Assembly (NCBI RefSeq): GCF_009914755.1
Contig: NC_060946.1
Strand: one strand, 5' to 3'
Length of the DNA: 64,000 nt
DNA from: the human T2T-CHM13v2.0 reference genome, Homo sapiens
A program made the position numbers and the translations under genes. The notes below the pieces were generated by a model that was given only the letters and a program-made list of their open reading frames with translations, was not told where the DNA came from and searched no databases. Every line of letters starts with the position of its first letter. Within the stretch, counting starts at the first letter, position 1. Positions 1-14,030 of the stretch are shown one piece after another.

Positions 1-815
1 AGAAACATAGGCATGGAAGGATTAAGTGGCCTTCTCAGTATTGCATAGCTAGTAGCAGAGATTTGAAGTTGAGAGACTGACAAACACTCCTCAACTAACT
101 GTATACTTCAGAAAAACTGTGCCCACATGAAGAAAGGTGAAGAGTTAGTCAAAGGACTATAAAAACCCAGAAAATAAATGTAACATTTGAGCTAGGCTTT
201 GAGTGAGTTTTTACATGCAAAGAGTCAAGAAACAGCATTCATGGTACATGAAACAGAAGGAACTATGACCCAGAGTCACACAAACATTAGAGACACGTTG
301 TTAGGGAAGGACAAGGAGTCCACCAGTTGGAGAAGCCAGGACATCTTCCAAGAAATGGACTGAAACCACAGCAGTAACTCTCACCCCAGGTATCTGTCTC
401 GAGGCCACCCTCCCTCAGATGCAAACAGAGGCCACACTGGCCCCCAAATCCACTGCTCTGAGAAAGTGGAACTGGTGCCCACCAGGCTGAGGTCATGACT
501 GAGGTCTTCACATACAAGCCATTTGTAGAGAATTTGTAAATATCCACCAAATAGTGATTTGCAGAATATAAATTTGCAGAATATAATAGGGTGTGTTGGA
601 AGCACCAATAAATAAATATTGGGGCTGTAAAAAGTTTAGTCTGAGAAAAAGGGAAGCAGTTACTTTACTGCAGTGTAACTTTGGTAAAAGCAAAAGAAAA
701 ATCTGAAGAAACAAAATCCAATTTGGTGAATCTGACCACATAAGCAATATGAGAGTAAACCAGTCTAGGTTAACTCCCAAGCTTACCACTTCCTAGCTTT
801 GTTACCCTGGGCACA

Positions 816-1265
816 TGTGAACAAAAGTTCTCTAAAAAGGAATTTTGAGGAAAGAGACTTTATTCCAGAGAAGTGATTGCAAACTTGGAAGATGCAACCT
901 TCAATGTAAAGGAAAGGTGCCATCCAGAGAACAAAGGGAGAGTTTTGCTTTTATAGAGAAAATTCACACCCAGGTTCCCAATCAGGTTCATTTATGCAAA
1001 TGAAGCATTCAAACTTGCTTAGTTCTAATTGGTTGATATAGTTGATCCCTGATTGGCCAAGGCAGGTGAGCTCTGATTGGTTAGTTCCCAAATTAGACAT
1101 TTGGGAGTTCTGAAGGTCCCAACCTTAAACCCGAGGAATGAGTTTTCTGGGAACTAAAAGATATGTGTGACCTCTAATTAGCAAATGACTGCTTGACTAT
1201 TTTAAATTTAGGCTCAGTTAGGCTCTTGGGATTCATTTTGAAGAACTGGCTCTTTCAGGTTCACA
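816..1265 (-). mobile_element. Solo LTR, probably ERV1 class (family not assigned)
   Basis: TGTGAAC...GTTCACA inverted termini (TG..CA), ~450 bp; AATAAA on the minus strand (ctttatt ~858); several CCAAT boxes and an octamer. Confidence 0.6.
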
Positions 1266-3902
1266 TTTGGAAATATTTCATATTTCTTCTCCAATCTGAG
1301 CCCCATGACCTATAGCAGCTTAGTATTATGCAAAGCCCACTGTTTTTTTAATCAGATGGCCAAGCCCAGGCTGTCTGACAATAGCAAGTCACATGGACTT
1401 ACTGAGCATTAATTTCCTCATCTGTACTTGAAAATCAAATCTGAGTGAAATTTACCTTGGTGTTCACAGATCCTAGCACCGGGAAAATGCCCAAGAAATG
1501 CAAGTTACCATTATTAGCAGTATTCCTAGTGTCACTCTGATTAATATAAACAATGAGAGCAATAATACCTACTTCACAGTGCTGTTGAATAGACTAATTA
1601 CTAATGAATAAAATCATTTAACCAGCCTTGTAATGTGAAGTACATAAACAAATACTTGGTTCATTTGCTTCTTTCTCACCAGCTTTTTCTTGGCTGAAAA
1701 CAAACTTTCCATTTAAAATCAAAATTTCAGTAATGATAACAAGATCTCTTCTCCATGGTTTTCTGTTGGCTGAGTCTGTGTGGTTCATTGATATACCCAG
1801 AGGTGATGTCAGCTCAGAATTCGAAAGGGCAGAATGATGGGTGGTCCCAGGTGGAAGTCTTGATAAGCTGATAAGATAGGAAGAGAATGAAGATAGATAG
1901 GAAATTTAAAATATTGGCAAGAGAGAGATCAAAGCGAAGGGTCGTGGGGGTTAGGCTTGAAAAGGAGAGAAAGGCAAGATGAGGTTGATGGATAGGAAGA
2001 AAGTGGAAGGTCAAAGATTAGAGGGCTCCGAGAAAAGAATGTGAATGAGAACGGAAATGACTGGAGGTTGTGGTTGGGAAGTGAGGTGTTAAAATTTTAA
2101 ATTTCTGCTTCAGGAAACTGCAGGGCCATAATGGTGGATGGCTGACATTGGGTGAGGAAAGGATCCCCAGAGACTAGGAAGCAGAGGGTGTGAGAGATCA
2201 GCATGCTGATGACTTGTTGGGATCATGGAAGGACGTGGAGAAGGAGGTTCAAGGTGTTGAATGACGTGACAGCAGGCTGGCTGAGGATGCACATTCTGCA
2301 GAGATGTCTGCTTAAACCATAGCCCTCTGGGAACAGTGTCCCTTCTTCAGTACAGGCAATTTCCAATGAGTAGCTAGACTGTCACCTTCTCCCAGTTCTG
2401 TGTCCTGTTTTGGACTGATACTTGTCTTCCTTAACATGGATAGCTGTCACCATAATTAGGGTTGGAGGCTGTGGTTCCCAGTCAATCAGGATCCTGCCAT
2501 TGACGATTTTGCTAGTGCTTTCCTAGGCTTGCAGCCTTTGCACCCACCTTAAATTCCTATCCACAAACCTGGTCAATATCCCCAAGAGGAAAATACTTTG
2601 TCCTACATACATTCCCCATGCCCAAATGTGCAGTCACCCTTACTCCTTTCATATCTGAACATTGCTTCCTGAAGGTTTCATGTGCAGAGACTCCTTCACA
2701 CACAATCTAGAATAAAATGTAACCAATTTCCTCCTCCATGATAGATGTGATGTACTTAATACTCACTAATTGTTAAGGTATTTAATGGCTACAATCTATG
2801 ATGAAGGTGGAGATGCTTTAAAGGAATTTATGGAATTTATGCCTGTTAATTAAATAAGCATTTCACATGTGCATTGGTGAGTCTTTATACATTTTTTAAA
2901 AAATGAACATATGAATTTGTGAGACATCAGATCTGTCTATTCTGCAGACAACTGTAGACCTCTAAACAATAAACCCATAGCCACGGAGAAGTGTCTGACC
3001 CACAGGTTGGGAACTGCAGGTTTAAGATGTTTGGTCTTCACAACTCTAGAGAGATTTTTTAAATGAGGAAACCGATACCCAGGCATAATAAGAAAAACAG
3101 ATCAACCACAGTAGGGACTTAAGCATCAGGCAAGTGTGTATTCAAACCCGGTCCTCATACCTACATGGCTTGAGAATTCTTCCTTTTCTTCTACCTGCTG
3201 AACCCTGAGCTCCGCTGGTAAAGTGAAGCTAACCTCTGTTGCTTTACTTCTGACTTCTTCTGTGCCCATATGCTCTTCCGGTACAGGTCTGGCCTGGAGT
3301 ATACAGGGGTGATTTGTCATTTTACAAAACAAATACAGTTCGGTTGAGAAGAGAGCCAAGTGAAAAATAATCCCAAGGCTAGAAAGCTACAGTGGAAGTT
3401 TGGAGCAAAAGAAAAAAACACAAACCAACCCCCCAAAAACATAAAAGCTCAGGATGATTTATTTCATAATTTAAAAATCAAAATTGCCTTCAGGCAGGAA
3501 GGCTTGTTTGCCCAGTTTTACCCTAGAGTGAGTCATAATAGCTAAGTTACATACCCTTGGAAAAACCAGGGTTTTTCCAGTGGGAGCACTGAGATGTCAT
3601 TAAGCCCAGCACTGTGTGTGGCGGTGCCAGAATCAAATGTCCTTTGAAATTGAGACCAGCCAAGAGAAAGCCCCAGGGCCAGTGCTGCGTTTCTCCAGAA
3701 CATGTCATGTCCCCGCCGTCTCATCTAGGAGGTGGCAGGGAAAGAATTGTGGGGAGCAAACAATCACTCTAGCTGCAGGGATAGGGCAGAGCTAGGTGGG
3801 CAGTGGGACATAGACAAAGGAAAATATTAATCACAAGGACTAGATTGAATTCCATCTGCAGTAAGGACATAGTCTGGACACAGCCACCAATAAGTCCAGA
3901 CC

Positions 3903-4370
3903 TGTATCAGTTATCTAGTGCCCCAATATTTCAGCATAACAAATAACCCCCAAACTTCAGAGGCATGCAACAATAAGCGTTGATTTTCATTCACAAGTCT
4001 GTGAGCCAGGCTTCGGCTAATCTCAGCTGGCCTTGCTGTTGTATCTGTGGTCATCTAGTGCATCAGTTGGGGAACAGCTGGTCTGGAATGCTTTCACTCA
4101 CATGTCTGGCATCTGCCTGGCTATCAATGAAGCAATGGAGGTATGTGGCTCATGTGTCCACCGTCACCCAGGAGACTAGCCTGGGCTTGTTCACATGGTG
4201 GTGGCAAAGTTCCAAGAAAGAATGGAAGCACAAAAGGCTAAGTCACAACGCCAACCCAGATTCGAGAGATGAGAAAGTGGATTCTAACTCTTGACCAAAG
4301 GAGATGCAAAGTCCAATGGCCAAGGCCACAGATACAGAGAGAGGTGGAGAATTGGGGACCTTTTAACAAT
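3903..4370 (-). mobile_element. MLT1-type MaLR LTR
   Basis: Begins tgtatcagttatct...gcataacaaataacccc, typical of a reverse-oriented MLT1 3' end; 'gggcttgttcacatggtgg' motif. Confidence 0.6.
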
Positions 4371-6269
4371 TTTCTACAAGAACAGTGCCGCCGGTGATGT
4401 TGCAGAAGAGAGCTTAGACTTCATCTATGAAGCCACAGAGCATGGTGTGGAAATCTGCAGTTAGAAGATGGATTTTGTCGGACAGTATAGGGACAAAATA
4501 GTCCAAGCTCTCCAACATAAAATGGACTGTCTTAGGAGATGATACTTTTACATGATTATAACTACTAATGTTGAATGTTTATTACAGGAGTCAATGTTCT
4601 GGGTGGCTCACAGGAATTAATCATGGCAGTAACACCATGAGCAGGGTCACTGTGAACTGTTATGCAGGCATGTTCTGCGGAAAGGGTCCACTTGGCTGAG
4701 AGGCATGCTTCTTGCCGAATCATGAGTGCAGGTGTGGAGCTGTGTCCACTTGGAGGAAGGAAGACCTTTTGCTAATGCATATCCAGGTGATGTATTAACT
4801 GGCAGCAGCCCAGCCTGCTTATGAGGTTGGTAATACTGTATTCTGACTTTCATTTTAGAGTTAAACAACATGAGACCTAAGAGAGTTTAGGTAAATCACT
4901 CAGAAATATTCAGGTTTTGAGCAGAAGAGAGATTTGAACTCAGGCAGTCTGCCTTCAGCTCAGGCTTTTGACCATAAAACTATCCTGCCTGGCTTGATCC
5001 TTACAACAACCTACTAGAAAGGGAAGCCATTTCTGTTTCACAGATGGGAGATTTAAGGCTCCAAAAGTCAAGGAACTTGCTAAAAAATTAAGAGATTCAG
5101 GTATTGAATGGCAGTAGGATTTTTTCCCATACCTGTCTAATTCCAAAGCCTATTTGCTTTTAACTGTAAACTATCTCTTCTCCATCAGTAGTCTAAGAAG
5201 TTCTCTATCACTGAAAGCATGCAAGAAGAGGCTATATGTCACGATTGCTAGGAGAGATTAATGCATCAGCTGAGAACTGTAATTTAGTGTCCCTTTACCT
5301 TGAAAATTCTATAAATAGGACTGGCCACGAAAGCTTTCTGGGTTGCTCCATCCTTGCTCCGCTTGATTCCTCATGTTCAGAAGTAAGATCAAGACAAGAA
5401 GTTCCCTTCCATGGAAACAAATATCCAAAGCTGAGAAAGGCACGGAGATGTAGACAGGACATTTGCTTTACCTTTTATTACTTACCTGCTCTGGGCTAGG
5501 GCATTCAGGGGCCCTCAGAGTCTCACTGGGTTCCTATTAACTGCCTGTTGCGTACAATGGGCTTTGGAAAACACCCTTCCTTCTGGGAAATCTTCCCAAA
5601 CCTGCAAAAACTATTTTGCTGACCTCCCAATGGAATTATATAGAAGATAATTTAAAATAAAATGTCTAACTCTGTGTGTCAGACTCACCAGTGTAGCCCT
5701 GGAAGGTTTATGAGGACAGAGGGGAAAGAGGCTGGGCTACAAAGACCAGAATATTCTGGAGGCATCGACACACCCTGGTTTCCTTTCCTGCCTCTATCAC
5801 TCTCTGGTTCTGATTCCAACTCTCCTTAACTCTGATGTAGAGCCTGGGATTCCTTTGGAATCGAGTACTCATGCTCACCCACCCACACTAATGGGATGTG
5901 CTTCTTTAACCCTCCAGATTTCAAAGGCACTGTCACTACCAGAAAAATCCTGCCTCTGCCCCCAAAATTCTGTCCCAACACAACTTAGCAGTTGATGCGG
6001 TACAACGCAGGCTGGTCAACCAATGGCACCAATGGTACTGTTCATCCCAGAAGGACACTGAGTTTGAGACCCAGCTCTACAATTGATCGATTAGTAGCAT
6101 GACCTTGGGCAAGTGGCCTGAAACTAAGCCTCAGTTTCCTCATCAGTAACAAAGAAAAATATTATCTCCTGGGGTTATATTAAGAATTCAATGACCAACA
6201 TCAAAGACTACAGAATTTCAGTTAGACAGAAGAAATGCATTTTTGAGATCAATTGCACAGCATGATGAC

Positions 6270-7045
6270 TGCAGTCCCCAGTCTGACCACCTCTCACCAC
6301 CTCCACAGCTCCAAGCTAACCTAGTCACTGTCATCTTACCTGGAGTATATAATATAACAGCCTCTTCCCTGGTCTCTCTGCCCCAACCTGTGGAGGAATT
6401 TGAGAGTGAAGCTCTCCCCTTGTAAGGAAGAGCATGTCTATGTCTCTATACAGTTCCCCATTTCACCCAGAATCAAAGCCACAGCCTGGAAGTGGTGCAG
6501 AGAGCCTCACAGGCTGTGCCCACCCCCATTTCCTCTTAATCTCCTCTCTTACTCTCTCCTTCACTCACTCTACTCTAGCCACAGGGAGCTCCTTGCTGCG
6601 TCTCAAAACACACCAGGCACACTCCATCCAAGCTCCTTTGTGAGAGCTTTCCCTCTGCTTCACTTTCCCCAGATATCACTGTGGTTCATTCTGCCCCCTT
6701 CACATTTTTCATCTTATGCCATCAGCTGCAAGGTGTCGTCCTACCACCCTATTCACAACTGCAACCCTCTCTCACTCTCAGCACTCCAATTTCTACAACC
6801 CTGTCCTTTTATTGATTTCCCATTTTCATTAGCATTTATCACATTCAAGCATATTATCTAACTTAATCTAATCTAACTTATTTATCATGTTTATTATTTA
6901 TTGTCTCTCTCTCTCTCCCCGTTAGGATATAAGCTGCTACAGGGCAGGGCTTTTTGTCTATCCTGTTCCCTGATGGATCCCAAGTGCCTGATCCAGTGCC
7001 TTGCACAGAGTAAGCACACCACAAATATATGTTGAAGGAATCAAC
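6270..7045 (+). mobile_element. L2 (L2a-like) 3' fragment
   Basis: Pyrimidine-rich L2 body ending in 'agggcaggg...cagtgccttgcacagagtaagcac...aaatatatgttgaaggaat'. Confidence 0.7.
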
Positions 7046-7949
7046 AGATTAATAATAGCCATTAGTATGATCATGTTAAGAGCCTCTTAAGACCAAGAAT
7101 CATGTCTTATTCCTGTCTATATGCCCAACCCTTACTATAGGGCCTGGCCCTGCTGAGATGCTCAGCAAAGGTTTACTGAATGAATGAAACCAAGAAGCCT
7201 CCCTTCCTGGAGACAGGGAGAGGCTGAGCACTAAGCTCATATTGGCTTGCCTGAAGGACAACCCTGCATGTCACATCCAGAGAGCAAAATTGTCTCTGAC
7301 ATGTAATTTAAAACCTGAGATGCCTGGATATAAAGTCTTACTCAAGTAAATGGGATCAAACATCAGGGCATTTCCACTCTACCAAATAGATATTCTGGAT
7401 TTAATATGATCTCTCCTTCCTTCTCAGGTCTCTCAGGCTGCCCTCACCCCTGGGGGAAGTGGGGGATGAATTTGGCAGAGCTGGCCTCAGGAGGTGGATG
7501 GCCTTGCTTCAGGTAATCCCAAGTCCCATCTGAGTCTCAATTTTCTGATCAGTGAGAGGCCATCACCTCCTTAATTTCCATTCTGAGCCTCCTCCATCTA
7601 TCCCAGACCTGGAAGAACCTACAACCTTCTTATGACACTCTCAATTCTGCAGAATGTGGATTTCATCTTAGGTCACATGGCTCCCAGAATCCTCAGATCA
7701 GTTTATCACAGTTAATTGTGTCCATGGAGAAGTGGGAAGAATAATGGCTTCAGTTTTAATCCCCAATCCTCTAATTACTCACTGTGTGACCTTAGCAAGT
7801 TTTTTAACCTCTGCAAGACTCAGTTTTCCCATCTGTAAAATGTGCATAATAAAACTTGCCATTTATTTTTGTTGTGGAATCTATATGAAATATAAATGCT
7901 CTTTCCCTACCAGAACCTGACTTCTCTAGGACAGAGATTTGTCATTCTT

Positions 7950-8275
7950 TCACTCATTCATTCACTGAGCACTATGTTTATTGAGACTCATACAAGGTCT
8001 CAAAAGGATAATTATTAAGGTACAGTCCCTGCTGTACAAGAGCCTAGAGACCTGTGTAATAAATCATTACTAGCTAGTGTGATAAATATTAAAATGAAAC
8101 TATGAGCACACACCATGAGAACTCAGAGGAGGGAGTAATTATACTTAGGAGGAATGAGGAAGGCATCAGACAGAATATGATGTGTAAACAATTTTGAATA
8201 GCAGTTTTCCAGGCAGACAAGGGGGTCAGGAGGAAGGATATTCAAGGCAGAGAGAACTGTGTGAATGAAGCCACG
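7950..8275 (-). mobile_element. L2 3' fragment
   Basis: cattcattcactgagcac...gtccctgc...ggcagagagaac pattern of a reverse L2 tail. Confidence 0.55.
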
Positions 8276-8957
8276 GCGCCCTATGTTACTCACCATTGAA
8301 ATTGTGACTCTCCAGCCTCCACCTTAAAATGCAACACCTGGAGGTTCTAAGTAAATATATGTTCAATAGACAAATCTTTACTAAGGACATCACATAGTCA
8401 TCATGGACTGTTCCTGGCATTTACAAAGCCCAGTTTTCATTCACACCCAACTTGTTAGTAGTGGGGCCGGGGAGGGGGGTGGGGAAGTGCACTCAAATTT
8501 TCTCATCACTGATTTCTTACATTTATGAAATCACTGATAAGACTTAGGAGGATAGTGAGTGGATACTGAGAGACTGCATTTACAGAGGAAATGGGCTCTC
8601 TGCCCTCTTTTCTAATTAGCTTCACTGGGAAGATATTGTTATTTTCTTTATCCACACACTTGGCCTCAAAACTCTTCCAGTTTAATGCTAACTTTACTGA
8701 TAAGCCTAACCTGGAAAAGTATATCTTATTACTCAAAGGCAAATGATGAACAGAAGTGTGATCTAGCTTCTGAGGGAAGGAGATGGGAAGTGACATGTCC
8801 TGAGCATTTATACATCACAAAGACCTCCAACATAAATTCTCAGAGCCCCATTTTATAGAGGGAGAAATTGAGGTTTGGAGGATTAATGTTTCTTGCTAGT
8901 AAGTGGCAGAGCTGGGACTCCAAGTTGGGATGTAAAAAGAGCAGGTCTATTTTTCTT

Positions 8958-9308
8958 GTGTTTATGGACTGAATGTTTGTGGTCCCAAAAATTTATGTTG
9001 AAGCCGTAACTTCACTGTGAGGCTTCTAAGAGGTGTGGCCTTTGGGAACAGGGTCAAATGAGGCCATAAGCGTGGAAGCCCTATGATTGATAGGATTAGT
9101 GCCTAAGAAGAGGAAAAGGCTAGAGCTGTGTCTTTCTCCACCACAAGAGGACACAGCAAGAAGGTGCCCATCTGCAAGCTAGGAAGAGAGCCCTCACCAG
9201 GAACCAAATGGGCTTCCCAGTCTCTAGAACTGGGAGAAATAAATGGCTGTTGTTGAAGCCACACAGTTTATGGGTATTTTCTTACAGCAGCTTCAGCCAA
9301 CTGACACT
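8958..9308 (+). mobile_element. MLT1A-like MaLR LTR
   Basis: tatggactgaatgtttgtggtccc start; ccatctgcaagc..ggaagagagccctcacc; agaaataaatggctgttgttgaagccac near the end. Confidence 0.75.
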
Positions 9309-9736
9309 TGTCCTCGCAGAACATATATGCCTGCAGCCCCTGACCAAAAGCACCTATCTCACCCTGTTCCTATACCAATCGCTCTTCAATTTTCCTGGAA
9401 ATAATAGAATATTGGGTCTTTTTATCTATTTCTTGTGCTTTCTCAGTCTTGGTAACTGAGCTACTGAATCTTCTTGACTCCCAAGTAGTTCCAGGGAAGG
9501 TGACAAGTCTATAAAACGTCTGTGCATGTCAGAAATAAAGACATCACCCTCTACTCTACTAGGAAGCCAAGAAATGACCTGGCCAGGGATGAGAATCATC
9601 AGGGTCAGATCTGAACAGGCAGTGGTCACAGGAGTTACCAGGGCATACCTAACCAGAAACACCAAGGACACCTAAAAGCAAAGCTGAAAATGTATGGAGA
9701 AAGTAGCCATGCAAAACAACCTTCTGGCCATCCTTG

Positions 9737-9772
9737 TGTCTGTGTGTATGTGTGTGTGTGTGTGTGTGTGTG
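9737..9772. repeat. (TG)n microsatellite
   Basis: Direct reading. Confidence 0.95.
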
Positions 9773-11039
9773 AAAGCTAGGAGATGGGAAATGGGAGATG
9801 GAGAGAAAGAGTAACATACAGTGGGATGAAATAGATTATAGAGATAAACTTGAAGAGGGAGAGTATACAGGAAATTAGTGTTTCCAAGAGAAACCTCAAA
9901 GGGTTCTTTCTTCTGTGGACACTTTTAATACCCTCATATGCCACATCCATTTATTCCATTCAGACTCTCTAAAGTATCTTTAGTTTTGATTAACTGAACT
10001 GTTTCCTTTACTACCTATCAGGAAATTATTCAAACCTAAGTTAGAGACTTAAAGGTGTTCTATTGTATAAGGCATGATTTTTTTAATAACCCATCACTAA
10101 ATACAATAATAGTCTAAGAAACACAGTTTGCAAGGTCAAGTAAGTCATCTCTGGTATTAAAAATGTTCTTTTTATGCACATAAACTAAATACTAGGTTGA
10201 TGATAAATGATGTGGTATGTGGCTTGCCAGTGTTGGGGTTGGCGAATCACAAATTAAAGCTTATTTATTATTTTCTAGAGGCTCTCTGTCAAAACTCTTT
10301 CTACTGCTCAATCATCTTCCTGGGAAAAAATATCAGATGGCAGGATCGAGAGGGAGCAGTGTTGCCTGGACAGTGTGGGAAGTAAATGGCACAGTATGGG
10401 ATTAAAGAAGGATATTTGGTAAGTCCTGAACTTGTGTCCCACAATCAGTTTTCCTCAGACAGGACAATAAGACACTGCAGGCCTCAGAAGGATCAAAGTA
10501 AATCAGCCATGCCTAGCATATACTGAAACCATATCTGCAAGTTCTGAAGATCATGGAACACACAGAATGTTTGTTGAATTCATATCAAGATGAATGAAAA
10601 TAAGCGTGGAAAAGAAACTAAGAAGTGATTATTCTGTTGTTTTCCAAGCTGGGCAAACCACATGTGTAGCAAGGCTGGCATTTGTCCTGAATCACTATGT
10701 TTCCAGGACCACAGACACCCAGGAGTATAGTCAGAAGTAGGTACGTGGATCTCAAAACAATGTTATAAGAAAGCTTGAAGGAATGGAGAACATTTAGCCC
10801 AGGAGAGCATCCATGGGACATGACTATTATTTTCAGAAAATGGAAGGCTCTTGATGTAGGGCAGGGAATCACAATTGTTTTGTATGGCCTCAAGGAGCAC
10901 TGGAGCCATGCATGTGAATTGCATTTTAGCTTAGAATTTAAACTTCGGAAAACATTCTAATAATAGAGCTTTTAAATATAGAATAGGCAGACTCAGTAGG
11001 AAGTCAGCCATCTACAAGTAAAGGTCTTCAGCATGTGCT

Positions 11040-11485
11040 CTATCAGGTGACAGATTCAAAAGTTAGTCTGGATTACCTTTAAAGGAAAAAATTATTTGAT
11101 TCTATGAAAGGGGGGAGAAAAGTCACTATATTAGTTGGAGTAAGGGCTCCATAACAGAGACTCAACAATTCAATCACATAAAGGGCCAGGAAATTGATGA
11201 CTCTCTCCCAGAACACTGCAAGGCAGGTAGGCAGCCTCTGCTTCATAAAACCATCATGGGAACCAGGCTGGGGTGGGAGAACCTCAATGTGAGGCTTCTG
11301 AGGCAAACCCGGTTGTCAACCATATCCAGTCAGTGGGAGGAAACAGGCGAAGTCCAGGACTGGATACTGCTTATTAACCATGGAATACAGAAGTTGCACG
11401 CATTACTTCTACTCCTGTTCCATTGGTGTATCTGGTCTCCTGACTACATTTCACTGCAAGGGATGCTGGGAAGTGTACTCTGAGC
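11040..11485 (-). mobile_element. Degenerate MLT1-type LTR
   Basis: 'cattacttctactc..ttccattgg...ctgcaagggatgctgggaagtgta' motif. Confidence 0.45.
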
Positions 11486-11534
11486 CAAGCAGCCAGGAAG
11501 AAAAAAAATGAATTGAGAATCCCATGGCAGACTT

Positions 11535-11650
11535 GTGATGGACATCCCAATTATCCTGATTTGATCATTACACGTTGCATGTAGGTATCCGAATATCACA
11601 TATACCCCAAAAATATGTACAACTATTATATATAAATAAAAAAAATTTTA
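11535..11650 (+). mobile_element. Short L1MA-like 3' end with A-rich tail
   Basis: tgatttgatcattacac...atcacatataccccaaaaatatgtacaactatta...aaataaaaaaa. Confidence 0.7.
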
Positions 11651-13559
11651 AACAGCACACTTGGCTACAGTCATCTATCAAACTATCTGTCAATTGTTTA
11701 TACATCTATTACTATATTAATAATAAACACCAATGTGTTATATTAATATTAATAAATTACTACAGTTAAAAACACTGCTTTAAAGCCATTCTGCCTGGTT
11801 ATGACACCTAACTCCACCATTTAGTAACTGACCATGAGCAAGTTAACCTCTGTATGCTTCCATTTCTGTATCTGTTACATGGTGATAACAAAGATACTTA
11901 ACTAAAAATATTTTTATGACGTTCAAATGAAGTAATGCAACTAATGTGCTTAGAACAGTGCCTGAAATATAAAAGGAGCTCAGTAAGTATTATGATTTAT
12001 TAATTACTATGTGAATATAGAAAGAAAGAAGTACTTTCTTCAGGGTATACCTGCAGATACAGAACTCCCATTGACCTACGTGATCAGAAGGTGAGGTATT
12101 TTCATGGTAAGTAACTGAAAGGGATGATTTAGGCCTTTTTCACCCTCAAAGTGGCCCCACTCACATCCTCTGGTCCTAATTTACCAGCTAAACAGAGACA
12201 CTTGCTTTATCACATTTCTCTTCCATCCACCTTCCCAAGTGCTTTGGAAGAAAGGCAGACTAGAAAAACTGCAATGTGCCATCCCTGGCTGTTCTATAAT
12301 GTAATTAGAATCTAAGCAAATGAATGCACCCCATTTGCTGGATGGGCTCCAAACAGCCCTTGGAAGAAGGATAAACACATCATCACAAGAACAAACACTG
12401 AACCACAAATAAATAAAAATATCACCCCTGCCTCGGTGCCAGCTTGCATTAGCAAATGGGTAATCGGGGTTTTCAAATGGAAATATACTTTTGCCATCTC
12501 ATTTGGATTGTCATGATAAATTCTACATGACACCCGAGGCTGCTTTACAAGAGACCTGAGAAGGCCTCCTCTTATTAATGGGGCTTATGATCCCCTCTGA
12601 GAGGTTAAGTTTGCTTGAAAATTCAACCCATTAAATTAGCAAGAACCCTGGATGCCTGGGTTGGTATAGGGCCTATGGGGAGTTGTAGAGTTGGCCATAT
12701 GGGAAGATTCATGCTGCTGGGAGCTCGGATACCTTTGGCAGGGGAGAGGGTTAAGACTGAGAACTAACAATGAGGGAGGCAAGATCTAATTATTTTGAGC
12801 ACCTCCCTGTGCTAAGCACTTTAAATGGAACTGCATTTAATCCTCACAACAACCCCACAAAGACAGTATTTTAACTCCAATTTTATGGATAAGTACACTG
12901 AGGTTCAGCAAGTTTAAGTGATTTGCCCAAGCACATAGCTAGACAGGAGGTAGAACCAAAAATCAGATTCACCCCTGCATTTCTCCTAATCCTGGGGGTT
13001 GTTTTTAATTGTTTTTTCATAATGCTGATGTAAAACTGGGGCCAAGTCCTGAAAAAGTTCATGATCAGTGAAGTCGACCTGAAATGCTGAGAGCAGGTAG
13101 CAGTTACATGAGTAGTACAGCTTGTAAGAGTCACACAGGCTATAAGAAGAAATACTGCCTGCAAGGTCACACAGCTTGTCAGTGACAAAGGCAGGACTGT
13201 CACCAAAATGTATGAGATGTCAAAGCATGTGCCTGATGGTTTATTACAGAGGTAAGACTCTGGCTGAGCCTTGAGGGACATGCAATGTTTGGAATGGAGG
13301 AGAAGAGGAGGTGAGAGAGGTGGATGGGTGGGCGACCAAAACAATCACAAAGTGAGTGAGAGTTTCTTTTCCTTATTTGGCCACCAACCCTCATTTCTTC
13401 CTCCTTCAATTACCTTTCACCAGCTGTGTTTCTCCTGCACTTGGCTCCCATGCTTTTGCCTAGGCTAATGCTTCCTCCTGGAATGCCTACCCAACTCAAT
13501 CCCACCCGCTTGTCAAGGTCAGCCTAGCGTCTACTATCTGCTTGGAGCCTTTGTATTGT

Positions 13560-14030
13560 TCACCCATTCATTGAACAAGTATCAATTTAGCCCCTAGAAT
13601 GTGCCAGGTCCCCTTCCAGGTACTGGGGATTCAGCAGAAAATGATATTAAATTCCTGCCTTCATGGAGCTCACATTCTAGTTGGAAGAAACAAAAAATAA
13701 ACAAATATACAAATAAACATCCATCATATGTCAAATAGTGAAATGTGCTAGAAAGAATAAGCAGTGTATGGCGACAGAGCATAACAGAGATAAAACAGCA
13801 CTCCTGTAGACAGAGAGGTGAAGGGAGACTTCTTTGATGAGAGGGTTGATATTTGCATAGAGACTTGAACGAAACAAAGGAGGGATGCACACAGACACTA
13901 GGGATGCAAATCCTGCTGGGTGTGCTCAAGAAACAGCAGAGAAGGGGCACACCTGGGGCAAGGTGAACAGGAGGAAGAGTGGGAAGAGACGGTGGCAGAG
14001 GGAACAGAAGCCTCACTATCCCTGACCAGA
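13560..14030 (-). mobile_element. L2a 3' fragment
   Basis: cattcattgaacaagtat...tgtgccagg...cctgccttcatggagctcacattctag. Confidence 0.75.

Noticed and set aside
4790-5160. Numerous MIR fragments (also ~6.1, 7.8, 11.8, 12.8, 17.4, 30.5, 45.1 and 58.4 kb)
   Set aside because: Real but ordinary; boundaries cannot be set reliably by eye, so they are not listed individually.
6400-6861. 153-aa ORF (similarly 13594..14097 and 40100..40558)
   Set aside because: Chance open frames in pyrimidine-rich L2 sequence; no recognisable domain.
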